Source: Candidatus Binatia bacterium (GTDB lineage Bacteria; Desulfobacterota; Binatia; Bin18). Taken from it: a DNA stretch of 58,917 nucleotides. Both the position numbers and the translations under genes were made by a program. The notes beneath the pieces were generated by a model. That model was given only the letters and a program-made list of their open reading frames with translations. It was not told the origin of the DNA and did no database searches. The DNA lies in contig CAXXHG010000019.1 in the NCBI GenBank assembly GCA_963666315.2, positions 1 to 58,917 on the forward strand, given 5' to 3'. Below, one piece after another: positions 10,519-21,694 of the stretch; the stretch's first letter is position 1, and every line of letters starts with the position of its first letter.

Positions 10519-12030
10519 ATGAGTAGTAACGGACACGCACCAATATCGAAGGTACGCGCACAGCTGAACCACCCGGTCATAGACGCGGATGGGCATTGGT
10601 TGGAGTTTGGACCGCTCGTGCGGGAGGAGATGCGCAAGATCGGTGGGGACAAGGCTGTCGATGGATTCTCTTTTTTCCCCAAGCTGGTTCAGAAGGAATT
10701 AGCCACATCAGTCGCTGACCGCCGCGCCAATGGGACCGGCCAGCAGGCATTTTGGGCCCTGCCGACCAAGAATACGCGTGACCGGGCCACCGCCGTCATG
10801 CCCAAACTTTTGTATAGCCGTCTGGATGAATTTGGCTTCGACTTCAGCGTAATGTATCCAACCGCCGGTCTCGGCCTGCCCCTGATTCCTGACGCAGCGC
10901 AACGCCAAGCCGCCTGCCGGGCATTTAACACATTCAGCGCAGATTATTTCAGCAAATATTCCGATCGCCTGACGCCCTCGGCGGTGATCCCGATGCACAC
11001 CCCGGATGAGGCGATGGCCGAGCTGGACTACGCCGTCAAGCAGCTCGGGCTGAAAGTCGTAATGTTGGGCAGCTTGATCCGGCGTGATGTTCCCGCCGCG
11101 ATTAAGATCCACCCCGGCGCGGCAAAATTCGCCGCCTACCGCGACGTCCTCGGGCTCGATAGCGATTACGACTATGACCCGGTGTGGGCCAAGTGTGTTG
11201 AGCTCAAAGTCGCTCCGTCCTTCCACTCCGGCGGACGCGGGTTTGCCATGCGCGTGTCGCCGAGTAATTTCACCTATAATCATATTGGCCATTTTGCTGC
11301 GGCAAACGAAGCCGTGTGTAAGGCCCTGTTCTTAGGCGGTGTGACCCGGCGATTCCCGCAGCTCAAGTTTGCCTTTCTTGAAGGCGGCGTGGGCTGGGCC
11401 TGCCAGCTATATGTTGATCTGATCGAACACTGGGAAAAGCGCAATATCAACGCGCTGGCCGAAGTCGATCCGGCCAATCTCGACCATACCTTGTTTCGGG
11501 AGTTGGCCGAGCAGTACGGGCACGCCACCATAGTCGAAGCCCTGCGCAAACGCGAAGCCGCGCTCGATACGGCCATGTCCCCCAAAGGCGCGACCGACAC
11601 CGGGGGCATTGAGAACCTGGATGACTACTCTGCCTGTGGCATTACTAAAGCCGAAGACATCAAGGAGCTCTTCACGAAGAACTTCTACTTTGGCTGCGAG
11701 GCGGATGACCGCATGAACCCGTTAGCGTTCAATCGCAAGACCAATCCGTTCGGGGCGCAGATTCATGCCTTGTTTGGGTCCGACATCGGCCACTTTGATG
11801 TAGCGAATATGGCCTCGGTCCTGCCCGAGACGTACGAGTTCGTTGAAGACGGGCTGATGACACCAGAGAATTTCCGCGACTTCACCTGCGATAATCCGAT
11901 TCGGTTCTGGGGTGAGACCAATCCAGAATTTTTCAAAGGGACGGTGGTCGAAGACACCGCCGCAGCTGTCCTGGCGAAGAGCGGAGCTGAAGTCCGTGTG
12001 AACGGCCAGGCCGACCAGTTGTCTCAGTAA
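10519..12030 (+). CDS. Amidohydrolase family metallo-enzyme
   Basis: VIDADGH, YPT, YDPVWAKC, FLEGGVGW, FGCEADD, GSDIGHFD; GGAGG RBS. Confidence 0.88.
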   Translation: MSSNGHAPISKVRAQLNHPVIDADGHWLEFGPLVREEMRKIGGDKAVDGFSFFPKLVQKELATSVADRRANGTGQQAFWALPTKNTRDRATAVMPKLLYSRLDEFGFDFSVMYPTAGLGLPLIPDAAQRQAACRAFNTFSADYFSKYSDRLTPSAVIPMHTPDEAMAELDYAVKQLGLKVVMLGSLIRRDVPAAIKIHPGAAKFAAYRDVLGLDSDYDYDPVWAKCVELKVAPSFHSGGRGFAMRVSPSNFTYNHIGHFAAANEAVCKALFLGGVTRRFPQLKFAFLEGGVGWACQLYVDLIEHWEKRNINALAEVDPANLDHTLFRELAEQYGHATIVEALRKREAALDTAMSPKGATDTGGIENLDDYSACGITKAEDIKELFTKNFYFGCEADDRMNPLAFNRKTNPFGAQIHALFGSDIGHFDVANMASVLPETYEFVEDGLMTPENFRDFTCDNPIRFWGETNPEFFKGTVVEDTAAAVLAKSGAEVRVNGQADQLSQ

Positions 12031-12035
12031 GTTTC

Positions 12036-12069
12036 GTAGGGCGGGTCTGACATCCTTCAGGCCCACCCT
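12036..12069. terminator. GTAG-initiated hairpin between convergent genes (REP-like or bidirectional terminator)
   Basis: GTAGGGCGGGTCTGA-catcct-TCAGGCCCACCCT. Confidence 0.5.
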
Positions 12070-12073
12070 CCCT

Positions 12074-13135
12074 TTACTCGCGTTCATCACCGCCCGCTTC
12101 CGCAGAAACCTTATCTAACAGCTCCTGTGGGAAGTGCTCGGGGAAGTCGTCAAAGCTAGGATAGTGTTTTCGGAAGGCTTGGAGGCCTTTTTCTGCTTCA
12201 CTCCGATACCCAGCCTGGAACAAATTCTTAATCTCTAAGAGCCACGTGTTCGCTGAACCATCATCCTGAATTGAGCCAAACACGAATTCTCCCAGCAGTG
12301 CAGCGGGTTGCCCTGCTTGTTGTCGTGCCTCCTTTGTTTCATTAATTCTTTCTTTTGATTCTTCGTGCAAAAGGAGATCTGCGGCTCTACGGACGGAAGG
12401 CTGTCGCAGTGGTTCTAGGTCGGTTCTTTTTGTCATTGTGTCTCGCTCATCACTGACTGGAGTCGAATCAGAAGGTAGGGGAACCACAAGCCCGAGCGCA
12501 CGGCCGGATTTGAACTTCTGGGACGGTCGTTTTTGAAGCAAACTATCTGTCAGCGTCTTTCCTTGACGACTTAGCAGTTCTTCCAAGGGCAGAGACTGCG
12601 AGCGTGAAGCCGCTTTCGGTTTTAGAGTGTCCCTTGCTGTTTGTTGTTCTAGTGCAGCCCCAAAGCCAACGTACTCGCGAGACCGACCTGGCTCAGTGAT
12701 GCTGGAAGAAGAGTCAGAGACAGCCACATCTGCTTCACTTTCCAGTCTCTGAGGATCAGCAGCACTGAGCGACTCTCTTCTCTCTCTCTTCACTTGCTTC
12801 GATTGTTCTAGAAGCTGCCCGCGGCTCAGCGCTCGGCTGCTTGTCGATACCGGGACTAGTGGCGACGTCAAATTGTCGTGAAGCATTGTCACGATCCCAA
12901 TACTTACCAGCAATCCGGCGGCAAGCGTCAATGGAACAGTCCAACGACGTGAAATGAGTCGTAAATGTGAGGGTGGCTGAACTACTTCGCGTGCCTGGTT
13001 CAAAATCAATTGGTCGACAACAAGCGAAGGCTGCTCGTCTGCATTCTCTTGATACAGCTGCGACAGCTCGGCTTCGCCAGGCAGACGGTCAGGAATTGTC
13101 TGCATAGTCGGCTCGTCCTTGCGGCGCTCACTCAT
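12074..13135 (-). CDS. Putative anti-sigma factor-like membrane protein
   Basis: Overlaps the sigma stop codon; LSQLY..EQPS..VDQLIL N-terminus, one TM (WTVPLTLAAGLLVSIGIV), C-terminal WLLEI...FRKHYP helical motif. Confidence 0.65.
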   Translation of the reverse strand: MSERRKDEPTMQTIPDRLPGEAELSQLYQENADEQPSLVVDQLILNQAREVVQPPSHLRLISRRWTVPLTLAAGLLVSIGIVTMLHDNLTSPLVPVSTSSRALSRGQLLEQSKQVKRERRESLSAADPQRLESEADVAVSDSSSSITEPGRSREYVGFGAALEQQTARDTLKPKAASRSQSLPLEELLSRQGKTLTDSLLQKRPSQKFKSGRALGLVVPLPSDSTPVSDERDTMTKRTDLEPLRQPSVRRAADLLLHEESKERINETKEARQQAGQPAALLGEFVFGSIQDDGSANTWLLEIKNLFQAGYRSEAEKGLQAFRKHYPSFDDFPEHFPQELLDKVSAEAGGDERE

Positions 13136-13770
13136 GACACACCCCGCAGGCCGAGCCGCAGCCGAGCAATGGCATAGCGCACGCGGCTCTTGGCCGTTTC
13201 TCGGTTGACCTGGGTTGTTTCCGCAATTTCCTCAAGACTCATGCCTGATTCTTCCCGTAGCAAAAAGACTTCGCGTTGGGGCAGGGGGAGGTCGGTCAGT
13301 AAAGTCATCAACGGCTTGGCTTGTTGTCGGACGTGCACCTGATGTTCAAGCCCTTCCCGCATGTCTACTGAAGATGTTTCTCCTAAGGGGTCAGTGTCGG
13401 CATCCCAAGCGGTCTCGTGCCGATGCGACTGACGACGATAGGCATCCACCAGCCGATTATGAGCCAAGCGATAAAGATAGGTCGTAAACTTGGCTCGCAC
13501 CTCATAGCGTTTCCGGCTGCGAATCAGATGCAGCCAAACGTCCTGAAAGAGTTCTTCAGCTTGAGCTTGCGTGCCACATTGGCGCAGGAAGTAGCGACAC
13601 AGGGGACCTTTGTGACGTTGGTACAAGATCGCAAACGCAGCGGTATCGCCCTCCCGATACCGCTCCATTAAGGCGGTATCAGGAGTCTCACTGCTGGTCC
13701 CTTCCTCTGCCGATCCAACCTTAGGAATGGCATTCAGGTTTGATTGGTGTGGCTGCTCTGCCACCTTCAT
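13132..13770 (-). CDS. ECF RNA polymerase sigma-70 factor
   Basis: AEELFQDVW, FTTYLYRLAHN (region 2), QREVFLLREESGMSLEEIA...TAKSRVRYA (region 4). Confidence 0.92.
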   Translation of the reverse strand: MKVAEQPHQSNLNAIPKVGSAEEGTSSETPDTALMERYREGDTAAFAILYQRHKGPLCRYFLRQCGTQAQAEELFQDVWLHLIRSRKRYEVRAKFTTYLYRLAHNRLVDAYRRQSHRHETAWDADTDPLGETSSVDMREGLEHQVHVRQQAKPLMTLLTDLPLPQREVFLLREESGMSLEEIAETTQVNRETAKSRVRYAIARLRLGLRGVS

Positions 13771-13781
13771 ACGTTCTCAGC

Positions 13782-15590
13782 TCAACTCTTGCTCAACGAT
13801 TGGGCAAGCTGGACCAAGGACAGAAACTCGCCTCGGTAACCAAATGCGTCATCTCCGCGTGCCTTGCGTGCCAATGTTGACACATCCCCATAGTCAAACG
13901 TTTCGGTGTATTTCCCGCCGCGCAATATTTGCCCGAATGCGGAGACGGCTGCGGCAAAACGAAAGCCATCAGACGTTTGATCGATATTCTGCGTAATCGC
14001 GGTCTTTTCGAGCGGCCATTCCAACAGCTGACTGCTCGCACTCATTGGTTCTTTATAGCGCAACCGCAAATACCCAAGCTCGGTTGTATTGTGAGCGGTC
14101 GTCTGCGTCTGGGTCGCATAGCGCAACGGTTCGAGGCGAACACCTTTGCCTCCGGTGAGGGCTATTTCATACAGCGCGGTCACAGTGCGACCGGCACCAA
14201 TATCACCTGCATCAACTTTATCATTGTGAAAGTCTTCGCGTTTGAGCACGCGATTCTCGTAGCCGATCAAGCGATACTCGGCCACAACTGCGGGATTAAA
14301 TTCGAACTGTATTTTTACGTCTTGAGCGATTGTGAGCAGCGTAGAGGCGCGTTCCTGGATTAATACTTTTTGCGCTTCTTGCAAAGAATAGATGTAAGCG
14401 TAATTGCCATTACCCACGGCGGCCAGTTGCTCCATGAGATGATCGTTGTAATTACCAGTCCCCACACCAAGCGTAGTGAGAGAGATACCACTTTTTCGTT
14501 TTTCTTCGATGAGGTTCTTGAGCGCTTCGATATTCACCGTGCCAACGTTGAAATCACCGTCCGTGGCAAGAATCACCCGGTTGATACCGTTTTCGATAAA
14601 GGCTTGTTCCGCCATGTTATAAGCCAGGCGAATGCCCGACGCGCCGTTTGTTGAGCCTCCGGCTGTTAAGGCGTCAATTCCGGCTTGAATCTTCGCCTTT
14701 TGGTCTCCGGATGTAGGTTCGAGCACAATGCCCGAAGCGCCGGCATAGACAACGAGTGACAGGCTGTCTTCTTTCTCTAGTTGTTTGCTCAACAGAGACA
14801 AAGATAACTTGACGAGCTCTAGCTTGTCTTTCGATTGCATAGAACCGGACACGTCTACCAGAAAGACGAGATTGGCCGGCGGCAGATCCTGCTGCGGGAC
14901 TTCATAGCCTTTGATCCCGATGTGGAGCAGATGCGTATGTGGGTTCCACGGTGTTGGAGCGATCTCTGTGGTGAGTCGAAAAGGAGTCTGCGTATCCGTA
15001 GGAGAAGGATAGGCATACGGAAAGTAGTTGATCATCTCTTCCACACGGACGGCGTCTTTGACCGGGAGTCGCCCGTCCCGCAGGAAGCGCCGGACGTTGG
15101 TATACGAGCCGGTATCCACGTCAATGCTAAAGGTAGATACAGGATGCTCAGCAACCCGGCGGACCGGATTGTTGTCAAAGTGGGCATAGTTTTCACGATC
15201 CACTGACTCGTAGGGAGGGCGGATGGGATCAATCGGATGGGGAGGGGGCGCGCTGAATCCACTCAGCATGCTCAGCGCGCGACCATGGACCTTGTACATT
15301 TCCTTGTGTTTCCCGGTTGAGACAGCGCGAGAGGCGTCCTGATCCATATGCGCCATCTCCGATTGAGCAATACTTTCTTGTCTGTTTTTTGATTGGCCTA
15401 TGGGTTTGGGCTGAACTGCCAGTGGAGGCAGCTGTCGAGGAGACCGTTGTTGATGTTCAGCAAGGTCCTGCTCTTTCCCCGCCTCCTCTTTGGCAACGGA
15501 GTGCAGGCTTCGCGTCGAGGTGCCGCAACTACCGAGAATGAAAAGAATAAGAATGGCTGGGATGAAGGTTGGGTGAAAGATCCTGGGCAT
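13782..15590 (-). CDS. YfbK-like von Willebrand factor A domain lipoprotein
   Basis: Lipobox-like LGSC; STFSIDVDTGSY, VRVEEMINYF, MIDAS DVSGS, LATDGDFNVG, YRLIGYENR. Confidence 0.9.
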   Translation of the reverse strand: MPRIFHPTFIPAILILFILGSCGTSTRSLHSVAKEEAGKEQDLAEHQQRSPRQLPPLAVQPKPIGQSKNRQESIAQSEMAHMDQDASRAVSTGKHKEMYKVHGRALSMLSGFSAPPPHPIDPIRPPYESVDRENYAHFDNNPVRRVAEHPVSTFSIDVDTGSYTNVRRFLRDGRLPVKDAVRVEEMINYFPYAYPSPTDTQTPFRLTTEIAPTPWNPHTHLLHIGIKGYEVPQQDLPPANLVFLVDVSGSMQSKDKLELVKLSLSLLSKQLEKEDSLSLVVYAGASGIVLEPTSGDQKAKIQAGIDALTAGGSTNGASGIRLAYNMAEQAFIENGINRVILATDGDFNVGTVNIEALKNLIEEKRKSGISLTTLGVGTGNYNDHLMEQLAAVGNGNYAYIYSLQEAQKVLIQERASTLLTIAQDVKIQFEFNPAVVAEYRLIGYENRVLKREDFHNDKVDAGDIGAGRTVTALYEIALTGGKGVRLEPLRYATQTQTTAHNTTELGYLRLRYKEPMSASSQLLEWPLEKTAITQNIDQTSDGFRFAAAVSAFGQILRGGKYTETFDYGDVSTLARKARGDDAFGYRGEFLSLVQLAQSLSKS

Positions 15591-15633
15591 ATTGCTTCTC
15601 CTTTGTCCAATACGGATGTGAATGACACTTCTA

Positions 15634-15661
15634 TAAACGCAGGAAAAGCGATTTGGTGTTA
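15634..15661 (-). promoter_or_regulatory. Candidate ECF-type promoter for the vWA-sigma operon
   Basis: Minus strand TAAC-N18-CGTTTA, matching the general AAC...CGT ECF pattern. Confidence 0.35.
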
Positions 15662-15851
15662 AAAAATTTTAGGCGAACTCATCGGACTGTCCCCTTATTA
15701 ACGACACTTCTCTCCCATCGGAGCTATCCAGATAAGAGCCGTTATCTGCCAGATCAAAGCGGTTGTGTGTAAGGTTGATAGCCAGCGCTTCTTCGTTTCA
15801 AGCCCCCAACAAGAGTATTGTGGGGCGATTTTTATCTCCACGGAGGAGTCC

Positions 15852-17177
15852 ATGGTGTACGTCTTTGGTGGGTGTGAGCTCGACGACCAGCTCTATCAGC
15901 TACGCCGCAGGGGCGAGGTCGTTGAACTCGAGCCTAAGGTCTTTGATTTCCTTGCGTACCTCATTTGTCAGCGCGATCGGGTCGTCTCCCGGGATGAGCT
16001 GATGGAGCAGCTGTCGCCGGGCCAGATCGTCAGCGAGGCCGCCTAGACGCACTGTGTGGCAAAAGCTCGCAAGGCGGTGCAGGATGACGGGGCGCAGCAG
16101 CAGATCATTAAGACCCAGTACGGTCGCGGCTATCGCTTTGTTGCCGAAGTCAGTATGCCTGCGGATGGGTCTCTCCGGGTCGTAGTCCCTCGGTCTGAAG
16201 ACCGAGGGACATGGTTCGGCCAGACCTTTCGCCCGTATCGTCAGAGCAGACTCTTAGCAGTACTGGGAGTGTTCCTCGTTGTGGTGAGCGCGGCGGTCGT
16301 GTGGCAGCGCTCGTTTTCCCCGTCTTTGCGGCTGGAATTGGCGCTGTCTCAGCAACATGGGGTTGGGCTGAAGGGGCCAAGCACTCGGGCCGAGCAGAGC
16401 CGGCTGCAATTCCTTTCGACTGACAGTCGGGCGGCTCTCGACTACCTCTTGCGGGGTTGGGACTCCTTTCATCTGCTCACTCCTCAGACAAATGGGCAGG
16501 CCCGGCGGATGTTCCAGCATGAGATTGAGGTCGACTCGAGTTATGCGGCAGCCTATGCCAGTCTGGGCTGGACCTATGTGATTGAATGGGTGTGGTTCTG
16601 GAGTGAGGACCCGAACGGCCTGGAGCAGGCACTTCACTTGGCGCAAAAGGCGATAACGTTAAATGCCGCCTGCCCCTACGCGCACACGCTTTTGGCTGAC
16701 GTGTATCTCCTGCAAAAGCGGCATGCCCGAGCGATCGCAGAGGTTAAACGGGCCATCGCCCTCGATCCGGCCTGTGCCCAGTGTAGTGTGTCACTCGCCC
16801 GGATTCTCACTTTTGCCGGACGGCCGCAGGAAGCGGTTGGGTTAGTGGAGCGGGCGATGCGGCTGGATCCAGCTTTTGCCGCGTATTACGCAGCTGATTC
16901 TGGGCACGCCTACCCTTTGCTGGGACGCTACGAAGTGGCGATTGCCGAGCTGAAGCGGGCCCTCCTGTATGATCCCAATCTGTTCTTTGCCCGGACCAAC
17001 CTCGCGCTCGTCTACAATGAATTGGGCCGCCAGGAAGAAGCCCGGACAGAGCTGGCAAAGGGCTTGCGGTTCACTCCGTATGCGTCACTGCAAAGAGCCC
17101 AGCAGATGATGCCGTATACAGACCAAGCAAAAGTCGACCAACTGCTGACCGTCCTGCGACAGGCAGGGCTGGGGTAA
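15852..17177 (+). pseudogene. CadC-like wHTH-TM-TPR regulator with in-frame TAG at 16044-16046
   Basis: ELEPKVFDFL...SRDEL...VSEAA*THCVAKARKA...IKTQYGRGYRF continuous in one frame; TM segment; TPRs. Confidence 0.85.
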
Positions 17178-17341
17178 AGAGCGCAGAACTCGCCATCGGT
17201 TCCCCTTCCATGAGTTCTCCCCCACTATTCGCGCTGTTTCCCTTCCACAACGTCTGCCTTCGAAAGCCCTCCCGTGGCACTGTAGGGATTTCTTTCCTCC
17301 CGCCTTTTTGACAGAATGCGGGCCGACTGGGGGCACACCGT

Positions 17342-19249
17342 ATGCCGCATATTATTGGAACCGCCGGACATATTGACCATGGGAAGACCTCACTGATCAA
17401 GGCATTGACCGGCCAAGACACGGACCGGCTTAAAGAAGAAAAGGAACGTGGCATCTCCATTGATCTCGGTTTTGCCTATATGGATTTGCCCAATGGGGAG
17501 CGGGCCGGGATTATCGATGTCCCCGGTCATGAGCGCTTTATCCGCAATATGCTGGCCGGTGCCCAAGGTATTGATCTGGTGCTGTTTACGGTTGCTGCCG
17601 ACGATGGGATCATGCCACAGACCGAAGAGCATTTTGATTTTTTGCATCTCCTGGGTGTTCGGAAGGGCGTGTTCGCGATTACCAAAACCGACTTGGTCAA
17701 GCCCGAGCGGATCGAAGAGGTGCGGGAAGAAATCGAAATTCTGACCATTGATACGGTCTTTGAAGGCGCACCCATCCTGCCCGTTTCTTGTGTGACCGGT
17801 CAGGGGCTCGACGACTTGCAACGTGAAATTGTCGCGCAGCTTGCAACCTATACGCGGCCGTCATTGCCCGGCTATTTCCGTCTGCCGGTTGACCGCGTGT
17901 TTACGCTCAAAGGCCACGGCGTGGTGATTACCGGAACGGCCATTGCCGGGACTATACGTGACGGTGAGACCGTGCGGGTGCTGCCGTCAGGTAAAGAGGC
18001 CCGTATCCGCTCGCTCCACGTCCACGGCGAGTCTGTGTCGGAAGCGCACTGGGGGCAACGGGTTGCACTCAACGTAGTCGGGCTCAATAAAGGCGAGGTG
18101 GCCCGGGGCCATGTGGTGTGTCACCCAAAGATCTCTCTCACGACGAAACGCATTGATGCCTTGGTTGAAATCCGACCGGGTGCAGGTCGCGAGATTGTGA
18201 GTCACGAGCGGGTACGCATTCATCTGGGTACGGCCGAAGTCAGCGGTAAAATTATTCTGCTCGGTGGGCGTGAGGTCCTGCAGCCTAAATCGACAGCGCT
18301 GTGTCAGATCGTAGCCGACGAACCTCTGGTTGCGCTGCGCGGCGACCGCTTTGTGCTTCGGAATCAGACCGCGCAAGGAACACTGGGTGGTGGCGAGGTG
18401 GTGCATCCCTTTGCCCAACGCCATCGAAAAGCTGAAAGACAGGTGACTGAACGGCTGGAAGCACTGTGCACATCAGATTTGCTCCAGGCCTGTCTGGCGT
18501 ACTTGGAGATTTGCCCACAGTTCGCCGTTCCTGTGGAAGAAATCTATCACGGTGTGAATGCACAAGAAGAAGAGATTGTTGGACTCCTTGGGCAAGAGGC
18601 GGCTATTTTGCCGTTTCCTGATGGGCAGCACCCGGAGGCCTATTCTGTCGTCACAAAATGGCAGCGGCTGACGGCTGAGGTGGAGAAACTGCTTGCCGCT
18701 TTTCATGCCCAGACGCGGCTGGCACGCGGGATGGAAATGGAATCGGTTCGGAGCCAGCTTCCGTTCGCGCTGACGCCCAAGATTTTTCGGACCGTGACCG
18801 AACGCTTGATCGCTGAGGACGTGGTTGTACGTGAAGGAAGCGTGCTGCGTCTGCCTGCACACACTGTCTCGCTCAGCCCGGAAGAGCAGGAGATTGCCGC
18901 GCTACTTGAACGCGCACTGCAAGACGGTGGGCTGACTCCACCCGACGTCAAGGGATTAGAGGCAGATCTGCATCTGCCACGCAAGCAACTGTACGACTTC
19001 CTGGCCGTGCTGGAGTCACGTGGAGCGGTCGTGAAGATTACTCCCGATTTCTATCTGCGTGGATCGATTCTGGACCACGCAAAGACTGCGTTGACCGACC
19101 ATCTCGCCGCCCACGGAGAAATCGCAGCCGCCACATTCCGCGATCTGCTGGGCATTAGTCGTAAAACAGCGATTCCTCTGCTCGAGTATTTTGATCGGAC
19201 GGGTCTCACGCTGCGTATCGGCGATGTGCGTAAACTCCGCAAAACATAA
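17342..19249 (+). CDS. selB: Selenocysteine-specific elongation factor SelB
   Basis: [34 protein letters not shown]-terminal w[16 protein letters not shown]. Confidence 0.97.
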   Translation: MPHIIGTAGHIDHGKTSLIKALTGQDTDRLKEEKERGISIDLGFAYMDLPNGERAGIIDVPGHERFIRNMLAGAQGIDLVLFTVAADDGIMPQTEEHFDFLHLLGVRKGVFAITKTDLVKPERIEEVREEIEILTIDTVFEGAPILPVSCVTGQGLDDLQREIVAQLATYTRPSLPGYFRLPVDRVFTLKGHGVVITGTAIAGTIRDGETVRVLPSGKEARIRSLHVHGESVSEAHWGQRVALNVVGLNKGEVARGHVVCHPKISLTTKRIDALVEIRPGAGREIVSHERVRIHLGTAEVSGKIILLGGREVLQPKSTALCQIVADEPLVALRGDRFVLRNQTAQGTLGGGEVVHPFAQRHRKAERQVTERLEALCTSDLLQACLAYLEICPQFAVPVEEIYHGVNAQEEEIVGLLGQEAAILPFPDGQHPEAYSVVTKWQRLTAEVEKLLAAFHAQTRLARGMEMESVRSQLPFALTPKIFRTVTERLIAEDVVVREGSVLRLPAHTVSLSPEEQEIAALLERALQDGGLTPPDVKGLEADLHLPRKQLYDFLAVLESRGAVVKITPDFYLRGSILDHAKTALTDHLAAHGEIAAATFRDLLGISRKTAIPLLEYFDRTGLTLRIGDVRKLRKT

Positions 19250-19351
19250 AGAAAAGTGTAAAAAGATAAATTATTTCGCGACAGTGTCGATATGTTATGA
19301 TGTGAACGAAAGCCTGCACTGGGCGACTCACCCTGCATATCGGAGGCGCTT

Positions 19352-21665
19352 ACGACGCAAACCGAATCGGCCGTGCTATTGCATAAACTTGGGACGCTCT
19401 CTCAAGAGTTTTCCCAGCTTTCGCGCCAACTCGTCCAGACAGCTGCGGACCTCAAAGAGCCGGGTCTTCCGCCGTCCGAGAACCTGCTCAGCGATCTGCT
19501 CCATACACGGAAAAATTTCACCGCTTTGCACACCGAAGTTTGGCAGCTGGCCGACTCGCTCGCCGTCCCGTCCTTACCCAACCAGGATGATGTTATCAAG
19601 CTCAGCGAGTTGCAGACAGTCTTACATACGATTGCTGAAGTGGAGCAGAAAAAGGCCGTCTCCGCGACATCCACCCAGTCGGCGTTGCGGTTGCTCGATC
19701 TCATACTTGAGATGAAGCACCTCAAGAAAGAAACGTTTGGTCCGCTGACCACCTGTCAAGATGCGGCCATTGAGCTGCGTCAGGCTATTGTCGACACCAG
19801 TTGGCCGGATCTCCATCCGGACGTGCAGAAATTGGCCGAACATAAACATCCGTTTGCATACTTACTCATCCTAGTCGCCTGTCCGGATGAGGTGGACGAT
19901 GAGCGCTGGGCCACTCTCCAAGATACCGTCACCCAAGTCTTTGGCCGACAGCTGGCAGTAGCTGCATCGCGTGGTAAGCTGACCGCACCGGATGCCCCAG
20001 AGGAGCTGGAGGCCATGTTGGCTGAGGCCGAAGCGATGTCCACAGCGGACACGTCGGTCGCAAAAGAGTCGCAGCCGACAACGGCGCAGCCGGCCCAAAA
20101 CAAGAGCGAACCGCAGTCTGATATCGCACGTGCTGCTTCGAATACGCACAACGCAGAAACGAATGGTCAAGCGTCTGAGTCGGCTCGTAGCATGAAATCA
20201 GGAGCAGCATTGCCGCTGTCGATTGCGCAGCCGCCAGCAGCTACGCGGAAGAATATTCCGCCTGCCGAAACGGCGTCAAACGGGATGCCGGTCGGCTCTT
20301 TGACGCAACCCCCTAAGCCCCAGCAACAGGTTCCAAGCTCGGTGGTCGTCGCTGCAGAGACAAGTATACTCAAGAAACCCGCTCCACAAAAACCGACTTC
20401 AGGAGAAGAGAAAAAGGAAAAGCCGTCTGGTTTGTGCCGGCTCATTTTGGGTGATACGGCCAAAAATATTGCTGTGCCACTCTTGCAGCCGGCGGCTGCT
20501 CATCGGGCCGCTGGCCTGCGTGACTTGATCTGGCAGCTGCTGTATGAAGATAAACTCAGGCTCGCTTATCACCTGGCCGGTTGTCTGGAAGTCGAATATC
20601 CTGACTTCCAGCCGCGTCTCCCAGCCTGGTTGCTGCGCGCTGGGGCGGCACGTTCGTCATGCGGACGGAGAGATTGCAGCCTTCTTAACGCAGGACTTTA
20701 GCCAATTTCGCCTGGAGGCGCTGACCACCGAGAACGAGGAGTGGGATACTGCTGTCCAGTTTGTGATGCTTGCGGCGACACTGCATCCGTCCCTTTTGGC
20801 TCCGGCAACACGCGCTTCCGCCGTCCTGCACCCGTTTCAACTCACAGACGAGCTTCCGCGTCTGGCCGAGTATTGTCAGCATATTGCCGACTACGGAGAC
20901 CGTCAGGTGGCACTCAATCCCGAGGCGTTTAAAACCGGCGCGAGCAAGGCCGCCCACAAAGGGGGGGATGCTCTTGAGCAGGCGGTGGCTACGTGGTGGG
21001 CGCGCGCGCCACGGCAGGTCTTCTCTTTTGCGCCTGCAGCAAAAGTTTGGAGTAAATGGCGTGAGCCGCACAGCCTGCTCCATGCGCTGGTGACACCAAT
21101 TCGACAGAACGATAGCGCTAAAATTGCTTCGCTCAAACAGGCAATTGAAAAGCTCTCTGACGATGCCCACTTTCAACGTGAGGTGGAACGGACAGACCGG
21201 AACGTACTCAGACGGCGGCTCGGTGATGCCATTTCCGGCCGTGCCCTTGACCAACTGCAGACCGCGACGCGAGAAGCGGTCAAGTTTGCGCGCCAGTGGA
21301 TCGATAGGCAAGAAGGTCAGGGCAAAAAAAGTCAGGGTATGAGTCCCGAGCAACTGCGAAAACACATCTGGGGCAGAAAAGGGGGTATCAAAGAAGAACT
21401 GGCTGCGTTCAAGCGGCGCCAGCCTTCCCTGCTTGTCCAGATCGGCCTTGAATGCTGTAAACGGGCCTTTGAGAAAACCCATGCCCTGTTTGATCCTGAG
21501 GCGATTGTGCCTACTGAAGAGCCGCTCCCGCGCCCGCTCCTCTGCACGGACCTCCTGCGCATTCCCTCTCTGACTCTGAATGATCAATGGGGAGTGGGAA
21601 AGTCAGATTATGGGATCCTGCTTGAGGGGCTCCGCAAGCTCCTGGCTGGTGAGGCAGAAAAATAA
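19352..21665 (+). pseudogene. Large helical hypothetical protein, frameshifted near 20640
   Basis: ORFs 19373..20701 and 20544..21665 join at LLRA/LGRHVRH. A GGAGG RBS precedes an in-frame ACG at 19352. Confidence 0.6.
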
Positions 21666-21694
21666 GACGCGCTGACCCCGTTTCGTCCCGTTCT

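Noticed and set aside
6072-19249. Selenocysteine readthrough explaining internal stops near selB
   Set aside because: The internal stops are TAG/TAA, not TGA; no tRNA-Sec or selenoprotein was seen in the window
20685-21587. Long antisense ORFs (also 35666..36526, 50253..50867, 56174..56935)
   Set aside because: Shadows of real genes on the opposite strand in GC-rich DNA; no motifs
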